Positions 27,520 through 43,247 of a stretch of 64,000 bases of DNA are shown piece after piece. This stretch comes from Octopus vulgaris. Taxonomy: Eukaryota. The translations under genes and the position numbers were made by a program. The notes beneath the pieces are model-generated. The model was not told the DNA's origin and did no database searches. It saw nothing but the letters and a program-made list of their open reading frames with translations. The first letter of the stretch is position 1. Each line of letters begins with the position of its first letter. The stretch lies in assembly GCA_951406725.2 (NCBI GenBank), contig OX597817.1, forward strand, positions 70,990,001-71,054,000. Reading direction: 5' to 3'.

Positions 27520-27524
<5 letters not shown>

Positions 27525-27631
27525 GAATTTACAAAAACAAAAGACGAAGACAGGTGTGTAAACAACAAACAGGTGTATTAGATTAACGGTCGGGAAGGTG
27601 AGAAAGTATTTTACGTTTCGACCCTACGCGC

Positions 27632-27635
<4 letters not shown>
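27520..27635 (-). mobile_element. Minimal-HHR family terminus, truncated inside the ribozyme
   Basis: Minus strand agcgcgtagggtcgaaacgtaaaa plus family tail; CUGA strand replaced by (CA)n. Confidence 0.7.
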
Positions 27636-27668
<33 letters not shown>

Positions 27669-27728
27669 GTATATATATGTGTGTGTATGTATATATATGA
27701 ATGTATGTATGTATGTATATATGTATGT

Positions 27729-28104
27729 ATGTATAATTTAGGACAATCAGGAAGTTGTCACTATAGTACTCGGAGTTCCGAATGTCGGAGCGAAGAGCTA
27801 TGATGCATTCTCGCCGGCTATTAATGGCAATAGACGCTATGAAAAACCGTATGTAGACGTTATGAACGCAGGAGGTTTTATGTCTATGTATTGTGAGAAT
27901 ATGGTTGCATGCAATTTTTTAATCTTTTATCTTTTATATTTTTTCTCTTTTCTACCTATTAGAGTAACTTCTCTTTTCTCAACGGTTTTCATAGCGTCTA
28001 TTGCCATTAATAACCGACGAGAATGCATCGCAACTCTTCGCTCTGACATTCGAAACTCTGAGTACTATAATGGCAACTTACTGATTGTCTTAAATTATAC
28101 ATAT
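27729..28104. repeat. Fold-back inverted repeat (~120-bp arms) carrying a hammerhead-like motif
   Basis: 27729-27850 vs 27982-28104; CCGACGA-GAATG...CATTC-GAAA-CTC(t)GAG-TA-CTAT at 28010-28068. Confidence 0.8.
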
Positions 28105-28159
28105 ATAAATAATCCTTTGTTTACCTAATATAGAGGTCTCATTCTTTTGCTATCACTTT

Positions 28160-28485
<326 letters not shown>

Positions 28486-28679
28486 TGTGTGTGTGTGTGT
28501 GAGTGTGTCTGTTTCTGTGGAGTGTTTACGTCCCTGTAACTTAGCAGTTCGGCAAAAAGAACGAATAGAATAAATACTAGGCTTCCAAGGAATAAGTCGC
28601 CTAAAAACCCTTTAAGGCATTGCTCCAGCACGGCTGCAGTCAAATGACCGAAACAAGTAGAAGAATATATATATCTATA

Positions 28680-28984
<305 letters not shown>

Positions 28985-29666
28985 AATGCATTATATATAG
29001 ACTCTCTCACGCACGCATACATTTATCGCAGACACCATGGAATCACGCTTGTTGAATTAGTTTCGAATCAATGAAAAAGATGCACAATCACAAAGAGAAT
29101 ATCAGATAGAATAACTCTCCAAAAATGAAAGAGGAAAACAGGTCACAAGACGAATGAAAATAGAGTGTAAGGAAAGTAAAATATTTCCATGGTCACAACT
29201 GGATTTCACGTGATCCTGAGCGTTAGTTAGGTTAGTCTTATGCCAAACTAGGCAATGTAACCCATATACGCGCACACGCACCTACGCTTCACTCACTCAC
29301 ACGCGCACTCACTCAGACGCGCTATCACATGCTATCACGTATTCACAGACAAGTTACCTAAAGACAGTCATGCACATTATTGTCATCTTCTCTCTCTCTC
29401 ACTCTCTCTCCCTACTTCAGTCTTCGCTTTCCTCTCTGTCCCTCTGTCCCTCCGTCCCTCCGTCCGTCTCTCTCACATACACACGTACGCACACACGTGC
29501 ACATGGATGCATATAGCGAAATCGCACAAGTTGTAAGTTATTCATAACGAACTCCCACACACAAGTAAAACCGATGCACAACTAGGTCGCGAAAATGATT
29601 TTTTTGCGCAAACGTGACATGCATATTTCTTTTGCGGCTGTGTTTGTGTCTGTGCGTGTGTATATT

Positions 29667-29711
<45 letters not shown>

Positions 29712-29931
29712 GTGTCTGTGTAGATGTGCGTGTATATGTGTGTATATTTGTACGTATGTATATATTATGTGTATATATATATATATATATGAATGAATAT
29801 ATGCGATGCGTACACACACATATACATATTTATGTATAATTATTCTCCCTATATATATATGTGTATACTTGTATATATATATATATATACATATAAGTAT
29901 GTATGCATAGATACACACACAGGCACACACA

Positions 29932-29964
<33 letters not shown>

Positions 29965-30047
29965 ACACACACACACACACACATATATAGGAAGGTATGG
30001 AACGAATTATCTGTATGCATATACTTATACATATGTCTTTTGCCACA

Positions 30048-30088
<41 letters not shown>

Positions 30089-30203
30089 ACATTCAAATAA
30101 ACATGCATATATGTATGACTATATGACTGCATGTATGTTCGTGTCTATCTGTCTGTCTGCCAGTCTGTCTGTGTGTTTGTCTATCTATCTGCCTGTCTAT
30201 CTG

Positions 30204-30269
<66 letters not shown>

Positions 30270-30278
30270 AATCTATCT

Positions 30279-31975
30279 ATTCGCGTAAATGGACATCTAT
30301 CGAGACCTTTCGACATTGCACGTTCGCTCCGTCAGGGATGCCCCCTCTCGGCGTTTCTATACGTATTGACTCTCGAGCCACTACTGCGGAAGCTGGCGAC
30401 TCTGAGGGGCATCCCGCGAGAATTGGGATGCGGAACGAGCGTGTCTGTATACGCGGACGACGTCACCGTCATAGTGTCAAGCCACGAGCACATCGAGCTG
30501 GTCGGCGAGACACTGAAAGACTACGAAGCGGTGACAGGAGCAAAAATCAACCGGGAAAAGTCAGTGGGCTTGCGGCTCGGCACCGGGCGAAGCACGCCCA
30601 TGCCGTCCACCAGTACCTCCGTCGTGGGACGCTGGACAGACGGCCCGGTTGAGTTGCTCGGGGTCTGGTTCGGTCCGGACCTCCAAATGGAGAAGAACTG
30701 GAACGAGATAACGAGTAGGGTAGTCACTCTCGCCCGGCAATGGGCCGAGAGGAAACTGTCCCTAAAAGGTCGGGCGGAGGTGGCGAACACGTACATCGCG
30801 TCCATCATCTACTACCGCCTGACCGTGGTACCTTGTCCCGACCCTACCATCACCACGCTAGAACGCATTCTCTTCCGCTTCTTGTGGAAAGGATGCGTCC
30901 CGATGGTCAGGCGATCCATTTGCTGTCAACACCCGTTAAAAGGAGGGCTGGGCATACCATGGTTGATGATGCGCAGACACGCGCTGAGACTGCGACATCT
31001 CCGGCTCTATGTAGACCACGGTGAACAGGTGTGGTCACCGTTTGTGAGGCACGCGTTCCCGCAGCTCCTCTCCATGACCGCAGTCGTGGATCAAAAAGAG
31101 GCCGAGGAAGAGCGAATGGCACCGCGAGTGTCGCGTTGCTCTCAAGCAACTCTGCCGTCCCGGGTCGACCTTGAGTGACTTCAACACAACCAAAGCATTC
31201 TATAGGGGATTAGTGGAGGGGAGGTACGACGTCGATCTTGGGGCAAACCTGGGCGTCGACGAGGAATACCTGACCCGCCTGTTTGAAACGACTTTCGGGC
31301 CGGGAACTATGAACAACTTCCAGAGATCCCTGGCCTGGCGGTGCTACCGAGAAGCGCTACCCGTTCGGGATAAGCTCTATAGGCATGGCTCGAGAATGTA
31401 TCTGGTGGACGCGCCTGAAAGGATTAAAGACAAACACTTTCCTCTCTGGTCAATCTCTCATCAACTTCTTCAAGTATCACTTGAAGAGGAAAGTGAGAGT
31501 AGAGAGGCAAGTTTTGTCTAGTGAATGTTTAAAAAAAAGATGGGTGAATGTAGCAAGGATGGCACGTATGAATGACGAAGCCACCTTGACTATGATTCTA
31601 TAAACCGTAAAAATTAATACAGAGAGTTGCTTATTTGCAAAAAAAAAAAAAGAAATATAACATGTGACTTCATTGACCGAGGTTACCGTGGTCTTTTCCG
31701 TAGGCTTTTCTTTCCACGGGTAAACCTCACCTGTCCTTCCCTTTACACTTCATATTGACATTTCTGTGATAACGATCCCTATTGATCAATTCCCCCACTT
31801 TTTTATTTTATTTATTTTTTTTAATTTTATCCCCCCCTTTTTTGTCCTCTTTCTTTCCTTTTACGATCCCTTTTGATCGAAAACCAACTCCCCCTTTTTT
31901 TACCTCCAAAAGAAAAGCTCTACCTTGTAATTTGTCCTGTCTGTGTGCAGCCCTGTGTGGCTAATAAAGAAACAT
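30279..31975 (+). mobile_element. 5'-truncated Tx1/L1-clade LINE inserted in (TCTA)n
   Basis: RSLRQGCPLSAFLYVLTLEPL, YADDVTV, AKINREKS, KGGLG; frameshifts after ~31080; T-rich 3' UTR and aataaagaaa at ~31963; GC-rich relative to flanks. Confidence 0.92.
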
Positions 31976-32124
31976 ATCTATCTATGTATCTAGCTATCTG
32001 TCTATTTATCTATCTATCTATCTATCTACCTATCTACCTACCTACCTATCTCCCTACCTACCTACCTACCTACCTACCTACCTACCTACCTACCTACCTA
32101 CCTACCTGCCTATCTACCTGTCTG

Positions 32125-32192
<68 letters not shown>

Positions 32193-32582
32193 CGTATCAT
32201 TCTGTTTTCCTCACTCTCTCTGCTTGCACATACAACCCTTACATATGCATGTATGTATGTACGTAACATATATATAAGCACACACATACACACATGCTAT
32301 TTCTTTATGTTGTGGTTTTACAAAAGAGTCTAAAGAAAGGCGATTCGCTGAATTATCACACCCTTTCAGCCAGTGCTTATGCATACAGTACATTATAAGA
32401 ATATTGAGTTCTAACAACCTAAGGTATATTTATCTATGCAGCTTTATTCAATGTGTTACCACAACGGGTTTTTGAATTGGATTATACTAAAGTGCTTGTA
32501 AGGTAACCAACTGCTCAGCTTCAAAATCCCCATTACTCAGCTTTATATATGTGCGTGTATGTGTCTCTCTCTCTATATATAT

Positions 32583-33008
32583 ATAATCAAAATAATCAAC
32601 TAGGATATCCAGAGGTAATGCCGTACGATCGTTTCATGCGACTCCATTTAATTGAACAATGCAAACATTACATCAATTTAAAATGTAGAACAATCTTCAG
32701 CTGCACAAAAATATAAAATTTAATCAAATTCGAATTACTCATTAGTATAATTTTATCCAAAATCTCCAAGAGGAAAAGGAGATAGACAAAGATCATGTTT
32801 TACCAACAACATCACAGTTGTATAATGACAACTTCCTGATTGTCACAGGTGTGTAATTCGAATTTAATTAAATTTTATATTTTTGTGCAGCTGAAGATTG
32901 CTCTACATTTTAAATTGATGTAGTGTTTGTATTGTTCAATTAAATGGAGTTGCATGAAACGATCGTACTGCATTACCTCTGGATATCCTTGTTGCTTATT
33001 TTGATTAT
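32583..33008. repeat. Fold-back inverted repeat (~155-bp arms), putative PLE terminus
   Basis: 32583-32738 is the reverse complement of 32853-33008 with few mismatches; right arm continues to 33090 and (TA)n. Confidence 0.9.
32886..32972 (+). ncRNA. Type I hammerhead ribozyme with extended stem II
   Basis: TGCAG-CTGAAGA-TTGC...GCAT-GAAA-CGATCG-TA-CTGCA: intact core, 5-bp stem I, palindromic stem III. Confidence 0.8.
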
Positions 33009-33089
33009 AGTCACCTTATTTTAAATTGTATGGATAATACCATACTAAATTCTGGTGCCTTCAACTTAAGTACCGTATTCATCTGAATC

Positions 33090-33212
<123 letters not shown>

Positions 33213-33535
33213 CTATATATACATACTTACACACACACACACATATATAAAAGATTAGGGATTCAAGAGAACCAGGCACTTAAATGGGAAGGCACCAGGT
33301 CAGGTTAAAATTGTAGTGCATACACGACAAAGGTAAACGAAAACATATGCGGGTACCGAAGTACAGGCAGAAAGATATTCAGGTTATGTACACAATTAAC
33401 TGAACCCGACTGGGCTAATCAAGAAACGCACATTGTATTAAATATACGATCCATAATATACTTCGGATCACGCGAGGTGCAGATTCTGAGAGAAGTGAAT
33501 GATAAATAAAAGTATAACAGATGGATAATATGACA

Positions 33536-33621
33536 ATTCACTACAGCCGTTTCCAACGAAGTTTTTGTTGATTAATGCAGACATTACATCATTAAAAAAA
33601 AAACGTTTTCATCAGGTAAAT
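33536..33621 (-). ncRNA. Type I hammerhead ribozyme with extended stem II
   Basis: Minus strand ATTTAC-CTGATGA-AAACG...CGTTG-GAAA-CGGCTG-TA-GTGAAT. Confidence 0.7.
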
Positions 33622-33934
33622 ACATGACCCACAACGATTAGAAAATTTGAAAATCAACGGTATATGTACCTTCATGATTCCATGAGCTTTGCTGATCGTA
33701 TATATTACAGACTAGAAAGTAAATTTCGAACTCAGTAAAGCTGTAAGTACAGCGAAGAAAGATTGGGTATTTACCCTTGTAAGACGGAAAGTTGCCAGCA
33801 AGGGACATATGTGAATTGTGCGTGTGTGTTTGTGTTTGTGTATAAACGCGCGTTTGTGTGTGTTTCCGTGTGTGCGTGTGTGTGCGTGCGTGTGCGTGCG
33901 CGCGGGTGTGTACGTGTGTGTGTGTGGGTAGGCA

Positions 33935-34320
33935 AAGGCGTGGATGTGTGATGAGAAGTTTCATTCCCAACGACATTGTTCCAGGATCAATGCCACTGCT
34001 TGGTACTTTAGGGAATTGTCTTCTCGCTATAGTGCCGAGTTGACCAAAGCCTTGTCTCTGGATCTGGTAGATGGAAACTAAAAGGAGTCGACGTATATAT
34101 CTATGTAGTTGTGTCTTTATGCTTGGGTTTTTCTTCTAACCATCGCTTGACAACCGGTGTTAGTTAGTTTATATATCCTGCATTAGCAATTCGACGAAAA
34201 GAGACCGATAGAGTAGATATCAGGTTTAAAATAACAAGTACTATAGTCAATTTGTTCGATTAAACTCTTCAAGTCTGTGCTCCTACATGGCCACAGTCCA
34301 GTGACTGAAGCAAGTAAACG
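33935..34320 (+). mobile_element. Diverged SINE B
   Basis: Recognisable head, gatggaaactaaaagga, catcgcttgacaaccggtg and tail. Confidence 0.8.
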
Positions 34321-34427
34321 GTAAATGACAGAGGATTTTTGTCAATACATGTAGAGTAAATGATTTATCGAAACAGCCGTAACAATACTATGCTTCTGTC
34401 TCCATCTGTCTCCCTCACTTTCGATCA

Positions 34428-34503
<76 letters not shown>

Positions 34504-34759
34504 TATATATCGGTTATCTGCAGATACATCGTTGAAAGCCTGATAAATTGTGGTATGCATCTCCGAATAGCATCTCTTATCGTAGTGTCGTATAGTTTTA
34601 AAATACACAGAAATATATCAGTAGGTGACGAAATTCCTCCAACAGCTGTTGTGGCATCGCTAAATACATATTTTTGTGTCTTTGACAATCGTCTGTAGCA
34701 AGTATCCAAGTATCTCGTGGATATTTGCAACTGTCGACACTAAAACGAAAAGCGGAGAC

Positions 34760-35110
34760 TACTTTCCCCTGTGGGATGAAGTTAGAATAATAGACAGAGA
34801 ACACTTCTGGAAAATACGAGGCCTAAAAGAGGCAGTATATACGCTTGGACATAAAAACCTCCTAAGCAAACCTAGTGCAGATATGAGTAGCATATGGGAA
34901 CCGGTATTAAGGAAGGATACAAAAATATTAGGTTCATAAGCCCTAAAATTCACTTTATAATTGCCCACGGGTATATTAGCGTAATGGTTAAGAGCGCGGG
35001 CTACTAAGCCTAAGATTGGGCTTTGAATAAATTCTACCAGGACACATGATGAAGGCTGGAGAGTAAACAAACGTTGTGGTAACACATCTGTCCGATGTAA
35101 ATAATGTACA
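34760..35110 (+). mobile_element. PLE 3' fragment: GIY-YIG end, tRNA-like unit, degraded hammerhead
   Basis: WDEVRIIDREHFWKIRGLKEAVYTLGHKNLLSKPSADMSSIWEPVL*; A box tagcgtaatgg at 34977; gacacatgatgaaggctgg...aaacgttgtg at 35041-35078. Confidence 0.75.
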
Positions 35111-35576
35111 GTGATATTTGTGTATGTGAATGTAAGTGTATCTCAGTAGTAGAGAGTGCTTGTTTTCGATGGAGGGATGGATGTTGGGCCCCAGAACAAA
35201 CTACCAGCTGGACACCCACGCCTCTCGGTGATACACGACTCTCGGTGACATGAAGATCAATTGCGTTTCACAAGTGTACTGCCTGATGTCCGGTCGAAAC
35301 TGTTTCATCACTATAGTCTTTTTGTCATTTGGAGTACTTCGTAAACATAGATAAGAACATATGTATATCGCTCGAGACGATGCTCCAATAGCTGGGATAT
35401 CCCAGATACAGCTGTCAGAGACTATCTTTACCAGTTTGTACTATTTTTACAATTCTACATTATGTATCTACATTTTTAGATTGAGTTAAATAAAATCAAA
35501 TGCTCTTATTCTGCCTTAACTAATTTTCCCTCACTATTTTAACCTACGTATACACACACACATACCCGCCACACAA

Positions 35577-35607
<31 letters not shown>

Positions 35608-35649
35608 TGTATGTATGTATGTATGTATGTATGTATGTATGTATGTATG

Positions 35650-35723
<74 letters not shown>

Positions 35724-36128
35724 ACTAGCTGGCTAGCTATCTCTCTGCCCGAATGTATGTCTTTCTGTATGTCTGTGTATCTTTCTGTTTATCTATTTAT
35801 ACTATATTTAACTGGCTAACAGAACACATGCATACTCCACATAGGACATCACAACATAGTCTTTGCAAGGGTTAGTATGTGTGCGTGTGTGCGCGTGTGT
35901 TTGCGTGTGTGTGTATGGATATTTGCATGTTTAGTCTATACCAAGACGCATATCCACGCCACAGGGTATGCTATAATAAGTTTTTGCGAGTTGTTCATTA
36001 AAGTCCTCAACAAATGTTCGTATAAATTAATTATGTATAGGCATTAAGTTCTATACAATGAATGAATAGATTATGAAATTTATGTTAGAGTCTTGTAAAC
36101 ATATCTATCTCTCTCTCTCTATCTGTCA

Positions 36129-36182
<54 letters not shown>

Positions 36183-36249
36183 GTGTACATATATACATTC
36201 TACATGTTAGAATCGATAGAGCGTAGGAAAAATGCCTTGTGGTTTTTTT

Positions 36250-37190
36250 TCAGGTTCTGCCACCATAGAACAATTCGTTGTGAAATTTTCCGTCACCCAC
36301 TAAATATTTGATGCTAATTACCGCTTCTTTTGTTATGTAATTTTCCAAGCATTAATTAAACTATCGCATTTCGATCCCGATTTTAGTTACGTAATTATCA
36401 AAACAAAGACGAGTCCACCAAAAATTTGATGCTTGTTCAGGTTACATAATTTGCTTAGAATCCCTTAAGCTACCGAATATTTTATGCTAAATCCAAGTGT
36501 GTATTAATAAAGTTACTACATTTTCGATCCTAAGTTTAGTTATGTAATTTTGCTAGCATGAAGGTAGTTACTGCATCTGGTAGTCTAATTTTGATAAGTA
36601 ATTTTCTAAGCATCTATTAAAAAAAACGCAATTTTACCCAAACCCTAACCCTAGTAATTTTAGCCCTAACCCTAACCCTAGTAATTTATCAAGCATTGAC
36701 AATATCATCGAATATTTTATGCTTATTCGAATTACGTACCTTGCTAAGCATTAATAACTGAAAACGCTTTTACCATCCTAACCAGTTAGTTGACTGAATT
36801 TCCCAAAACAGACATTTGAGCGAATTTTCACGAAACTTCAGTTGATCGAATTTCCTAAAACCATCAGATAGATGGTCGAATTTCTCCAAACAGTTGAATG
36901 AATGAATTCTCTAACACGGACACTTGATGGAATTTACCCATTGGTTAATTGAATTTCCCAAAACAGACAATTTATCGAAGTTACTCAAAACGACAGCTGA
37001 ACGAATTTATTCAAACGGCTATTAGATCGAAATTATCCAAACGGTCAGTTGGTCAAATTTATCAACATGGTCAGATGATCGAATTTACCTAAACTAACAG
37101 TTCATCAAGTTTGTTCAATTGATCAAGGTTACACAAACGGACAGTTGATCGAATTAATTTAAACGGTCAATTGATCGAATATGCCCAAAT
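36250..37190. repeat. Bipartite degenerate minisatellite (~40-bp units, then ~29-bp units) with short CCCTAA runs
   Basis: Recurring gttatgtaattt...agcatt, then cagttgatcgaattt...aaac; ccctaaccct at 36643-36680. Confidence 0.7.
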
Positions 37191-37203
37191 GGTTTCCTCC
37201 TTA

Positions 37204-37330
<127 letters not shown>

Positions 37331-37515
37331 TGTACCCATTTTTACATTTAGGTGTCTTGGTTCGAAACGATATATTTTTAGTAGACATTTGACCAAATGT
37401 CGTTGCAGCACAGTGATGTTGAAACCTAAAATTACGATGTATCTCTTCAAATATTCAGATATGTAATCGCACACACACTCACATACACACGTGTACACAC
37501 ACACACACACGCACG

Positions 37516-37579
<64 letters not shown>

Positions 37580-37737
37580 CACACAAGAGGCACAAATATA
37601 CATCAAACATATATTCAGTCACATACACGTTATGCATTAATATACACAATACCAGAATATTCGTGATCAAAGGTTTCCCAATGAATTGTTATGCTGTATA
37701 GTCTATGTGTGTGTGTATATATATATATATATATTTA

Positions 37738-37787
<50 letters not shown>

Positions 37788-38384
37788 TTGCATAAACACA
37801 CAGATATAACATGTACTTTATGCGAAGCATTGTTGATATTTTAAGATTGAATATTGGCACTATAACAATCTTAATCTTGACTCCATACGTACATACATAC
37901 TTAGATGCATGCACACACAATTATATATATGCATGTATATCTCTTTATCCAATAATTTTTCCACAAGTAAATGTACCTTCAAAATCATTATAGAAATTCT
38001 CAGATGGAATCAGCGAGACGGAGTGCGTGAGTTAGCGGAATCTTAGAATTACAGGTGTAATCCACCTCATAAGTTTACACACAGTTTCATTCACAGAAAT
38101 TTCGTGTGAGAAGCCACTCACTCTCGTCAAACAAGAAACCCCATGAGTGCTACAGAAATCGAAACACACATGCTCTTCCACTCACAGCAAAGTTATGGGC
38201 CTCAGAGTTCGATATCGGCTCTTTCACCTTCCAATGACGGCTTATTGAATCAATAGAAATCACAGATCACTAGATTGAGCACTTTTCTTGACTCCTAAAC
38301 GACGAGTTAGTTGTAACTGATACTATTCAACAAAGACCTGTCATAAGCTTTTTATAACCTGCTCTTTCAATAGACAAGATAGTA

Positions 38385-38562
38385 ATACCAGTAGGTAAGT
38401 TTATCATCTGGTAAAGACGGAATTTGCGCTTAGCTCATGAGCTTTTGTAGTAGTTGTATCACACACTATCTCCACGAACTTATTAGTGTGCTCTGGGGGT
38501 GGGGTTTGTTCCCAAGGACTGGAAAGATGCAATCACCCTTCCTCACTATAAAGGAAAGGAAC
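38385..38562 (+). mobile_element. RTE-like LINE fragment (RT N-terminus)
   Basis: SSGKDGI...LHELISVLW...VPKDWKDAITLPHYKGK. Confidence 0.65.
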
Positions 38563-38565
38563 TTA

Positions 38566-38628
<63 letters not shown>

Positions 38629-38644
38629 TATACATACACACACC

Positions 38645-38678
<34 letters not shown>

Positions 38679-38689
38679 GGTAAACAGTA

Positions 38690-38818
38690 AAAATAATTAC
38701 AGACATGGACAAGAACATGAAACACCACAGAGACGACATAAGAACCACAGGACGGGACATTCGAAGCCCTCAGTCATCAGTCAAGAACCAGATCATCTTA
38801 GCAATTTCGGCTGATTAT
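38690..38818 (-). mobile_element. Short interspersed terminus in (TA)n (relative at 50795-50878)
   Basis: ggacaagaac...gacga...ggacggg(a/t)cattcgaagcc shared; minus strand begins cagcc-GAAA-ttgc-TA, possibly a hammerhead 3' half. Confidence 0.55.
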
Positions 38819-38919
<101 letters not shown>

Positions 38920-39110
38920 CACAAACACACACACGCATACACACACACACACACACATATAATCGACGCCGGACACCGCTTAACAAAACCATTCGCACCG
39001 ATATATATATATATATATATATGTATGTATAATTCAGGTTTGCAGAAAACAAAAGACGACGACAAGTGTAGGGACAACAAACAAGTGTATTACTTCAGCG
39101 CTCGGTAAAT

Positions 39111-39146
39111 CTTTGACGTTTCGAGCCTACGCTCTTCGGCAGAAAG
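39111..39146 (-). ncRNA. Minimal hammerhead motif, variant core
   Basis: CTTT-CTGCCGA-A-GAGC(gtag)GCTC-GAAA-CG-TC-AAAG. Confidence 0.65.
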
Positions 39147-39577
39147 GATTGAGAGGGAAGAAAATGAAGACATAACGAAAAAAAAAAGAAAAAAAGAAAA
39201 CGGAGTCAGAAAAATGTGTAGGGTTTAACAGTTCAACATGATGAAATGGCCGGGAGAAAGAAGCTGAGTGAAAAGGAGATGGTTACCCGATTGAACTAGG
39301 GTGCGCAAGTGCATGTGCATATGTGAGAATGGTGTGTGTGAGTGTGTAAGTATGAATGGAGGCGAGCGCGTGTGAATGTATGTGCGGGCGAGCTTAGATT
39401 ATGTGGGCCTGTGTGTGTGTATGTGTATAAGTAACCTTGTGCGTACATTTTATGGAGTAATGTGCGTTTCATGTACAGGTACACTCACGGGCGCACACGC
39501 ACGAACACAAACGCACAGAAAACTACATATAGTTTCTATTGTTCACAAAACATTGTTCAGTCCGGTGCTATGATAGA

Positions 39578-39812
39578 AACCTATTTCTTTATTACCCACA
39601 AGGGGCTAAACATAGAGGGAACAAACAAGGACAGACATAGGTATTAAGTCGATTACATCGACCCCAGTGCGTAACTGGTACTTAAGTTATCGACCCCGAA
39701 AGATGAAAGGTAAAGTCGACCTCGGCGGAATTTGAACTCAGAACGTAACGGCAGACGAAATACCGCAAAGCATTTCGCCCGACGTGCTAACGTTTCTGCC
39801 AGCTCGCCGCCT
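39578..39812 (-). mobile_element. SINE A, full length, with target-site duplication
   Basis: Flanked by duplicated gtgctatgatagaaacc (~39565 and ~39815). Confidence 0.9.
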
Positions 39813-40319
39813 TCGTGCTATGATAGAAACCATTTGTCCAAAGTGCTGCAGAATGAGGCTGAACCCGAAGCCAATGATTGCAAAGCGAATTTCTGAACCA
39901 CTTACCATCTATACTCACAGAAACACATCCCTTCACACAAACACAATTACACATACACACATACATGCAGAATGAGCAAACAACAACTAAAATCACGAGA
40001 TACATACATACATACATACATACATACATACATACATACAAACATACATGCATACATTCATTTGTAAGAACATGTGTGTGTGTGTGTGTGTGAAAGTAAA
40101 TATACAGATATTTTCTTTGCTTCATCACGAGCCCAGCTTCTTGTGTACAAGTACAATTACGTGCGAGATTCTATACGTGACTATGTGCATACGTGCTCTC
40201 GCGTGCGTGCGTGCATGCGTGCATGTATGCATGTGTGTGTGTGTGCATGAGTATATATATATATATGTAGCCGTACGTGTTTGTATGTGTGTGTATTTAT
40301 GCATGTGCACATACGAGTT

Positions 40320-40840
<521 letters not shown>

Positions 40841-41074
40841 ATCGCCAGCTCAGTCCTGATTGAACAAAACTCCGATCAAAGACCTTGCTCTTCTTTGGTG
40901 ATCCTGTCTTTTCTTCTTGAGGTGCATGCCATGAGGTTCAGTGTTATCCAATATGTACTTCCCTTTCTAAAATACTCGGGTGTATTTTCGACGAAATTTG
41001 GCTGCTCTTTCTAACAGGGCTGACCAGTTGCCTAGAGGACCTCATATATATGCATGTACGTGGTATATGTATTA

Positions 41075-41310
41075 AGGCGGCGAGCTGGCAGAAACGTTAG
41101 CACGCCGGGCGAAATGCTTAGCGGTATTTCGTCTGCGTTACGTTGTGAGTTCAAATTCCGCCGAGGTCGACTTTGCCTTTCATCCTTTCGGGGTCGATAA
41201 ATCAAGTACCAGTTACGCACTGGTGTCGATGTAATCGACTTAATACCTATGTCTGTCCTTGTTTGTCCCCTCTGTGTTTAGCCCCTTGTGGGTAATAAAG
41301 AAATAGGTAT
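41075..41310 (+). mobile_element. SINE A, full length
   Basis: aggcggcgagctggcagaaacgttagc...aaagaaataggt. Confidence 0.9.
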
Positions 41311-41438
41311 ATGTTTTTACCTCAGCTTGTGTTTTTACCTTTTTGTATTTACGGATACGCGTGTATGTATGTATGTGCATGTGTATATGTGCGTGTGTGT
41401 GTGTGTAAGTTGGTTTGTAAGTGTGCACATGCGCACAC

Positions 41439-41471
<33 letters not shown>

Positions 41472-41619
41472 TGCATGTGTTGTGTATGTAAATTTGTTGC
41501 GCATCTATTTGTGGCGCAAACGTTGTTCCCCGTAACTGGTCTTGCCTTATTGCACGCAGTGGGATCATCGGAAGCAACGACAACGCCGATGAAGATTATG
41601 GATAAAAGTCCGTCATGAG

Positions 41620-41636
41620 GATGATGTTGATGATGG

Positions 41637-41715
<79 letters not shown>

Positions 41716-41823
41716 GACGACGACGACGACGACGATGATGATGATGATTATGGTGTGCTGGTGCTAGTGATGATGGTGGTGGTGGTGGTGGTGGTGGAGG
41801 AGGTGAAAGTATTGTTGAAATGA

Positions 41824-41882
<59 letters not shown>

Positions 41883-41885
41883 ATG

Positions 41886-41934
<49 letters not shown>

Positions 41935-42829
41935 CGTTGATGATGATACCGATAATGGGCGTCCCCCTTCCCTCATCACCATCACCATCATCATCATCAT
42001 CATCATCATCATCGTCATCATCGTCGTCGTCGCCGTCGTCATCGTCATCGTTGTCATCATTATCTTCGTACTCATTATCTTCATTAGCGCCAAAAGGTAA
42101 TTATCATGATTGCCGTTATCATTATAATCATCACTATGATCGTTCTCATCACCATCATCATCATCAACATCATCACCATCGTCGTCGTCGTCGTAGTCGT
42201 CGCTGTCATCGTATTCAACCCCGACGCCGTCGCTCGTTTAAAATTATTCCTCTCATCTTTCTTATTCATAGTTATATTTCGCTATTTCCAATTATATCCC
42301 CATCCTCACACCTCCGTTACCACCGTCCTCCTCATTAGCTAGCTACTCACCCCACCCCCCACCCATTCCACCGGCTACTGCGATCACTACCTTGCACCGT
42401 CATCACCATAATCGCCATAGTTACTGCCACTATCCTCACAACCACCACCATCACCATCACCATCACCATCACGACCACCACTATCATCATCACCATCATG
42501 ATCGCTACCACCATCACCGCCGTCACCACCACCACCGGCACCACCAACGCTGCCGCCGCCGCCACCACCACCACCACCACCACCACCGCCACCGCCGCCA
42601 TCGCCGCCGCTGCCGCCACCACCAGCACCCGTACCATCACGAAGGTCATCATCATCGTCATCATCATCATCATCATCATCATCATCACCGTCACCAGCAC
42701 CATCAGCGCCGACGCCGCCGTCATTACCACCGCCACCAATTGCTACTTACAATCGTCATGATCACCAGCCTTCGTCACTATCTCCGCTACCACCACGACC
42801 ATCACCACTAACATAATTCACCATCACAG

Positions 42830-42860
<31 letters not shown>

Positions 42861-42965
42861 GCTTTCATCATAATCACCTTCTTCCTTCTCCCTTCCGTCT
42901 CGATTCAACGTCATGATGCTCGTTTTCATGTCATCGATATCATCATCATCAGCATCATCGTCATC

Positions 42966-43030
<65 letters not shown>

Positions 43031-43121
43031 TATCAGCTTCATCGTCGTTGGCGCCATCATCACCATCATCACCATCACCATCATCATAATCATCATCATC
43101 ATCATCATCATTATTATCAGC

Positions 43122-43152
<31 letters not shown>

Positions 43153-43175
43153 GCTTCATCATCATCATCATCAGC

Positions 43176-43247
<72 letters not shown>

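Noticed and set aside
29997-30278. N-terminal part of the 393-aa ORF
   Set aside because: Microsatellite read-through upstream of the 5'-truncated LINE; not part of a real protein.
35283-35325. CTGATGT...GAAA...TC hammerhead-like match
   Set aside because: Core altered, stem II nearly absent and stem I unpaired; cannot be supported.
36640-36690. Interstitial telomere or chromosome fusion site
   Set aside because: Only 2-3 hexamers per run, in one orientation, embedded in minisatellite units.
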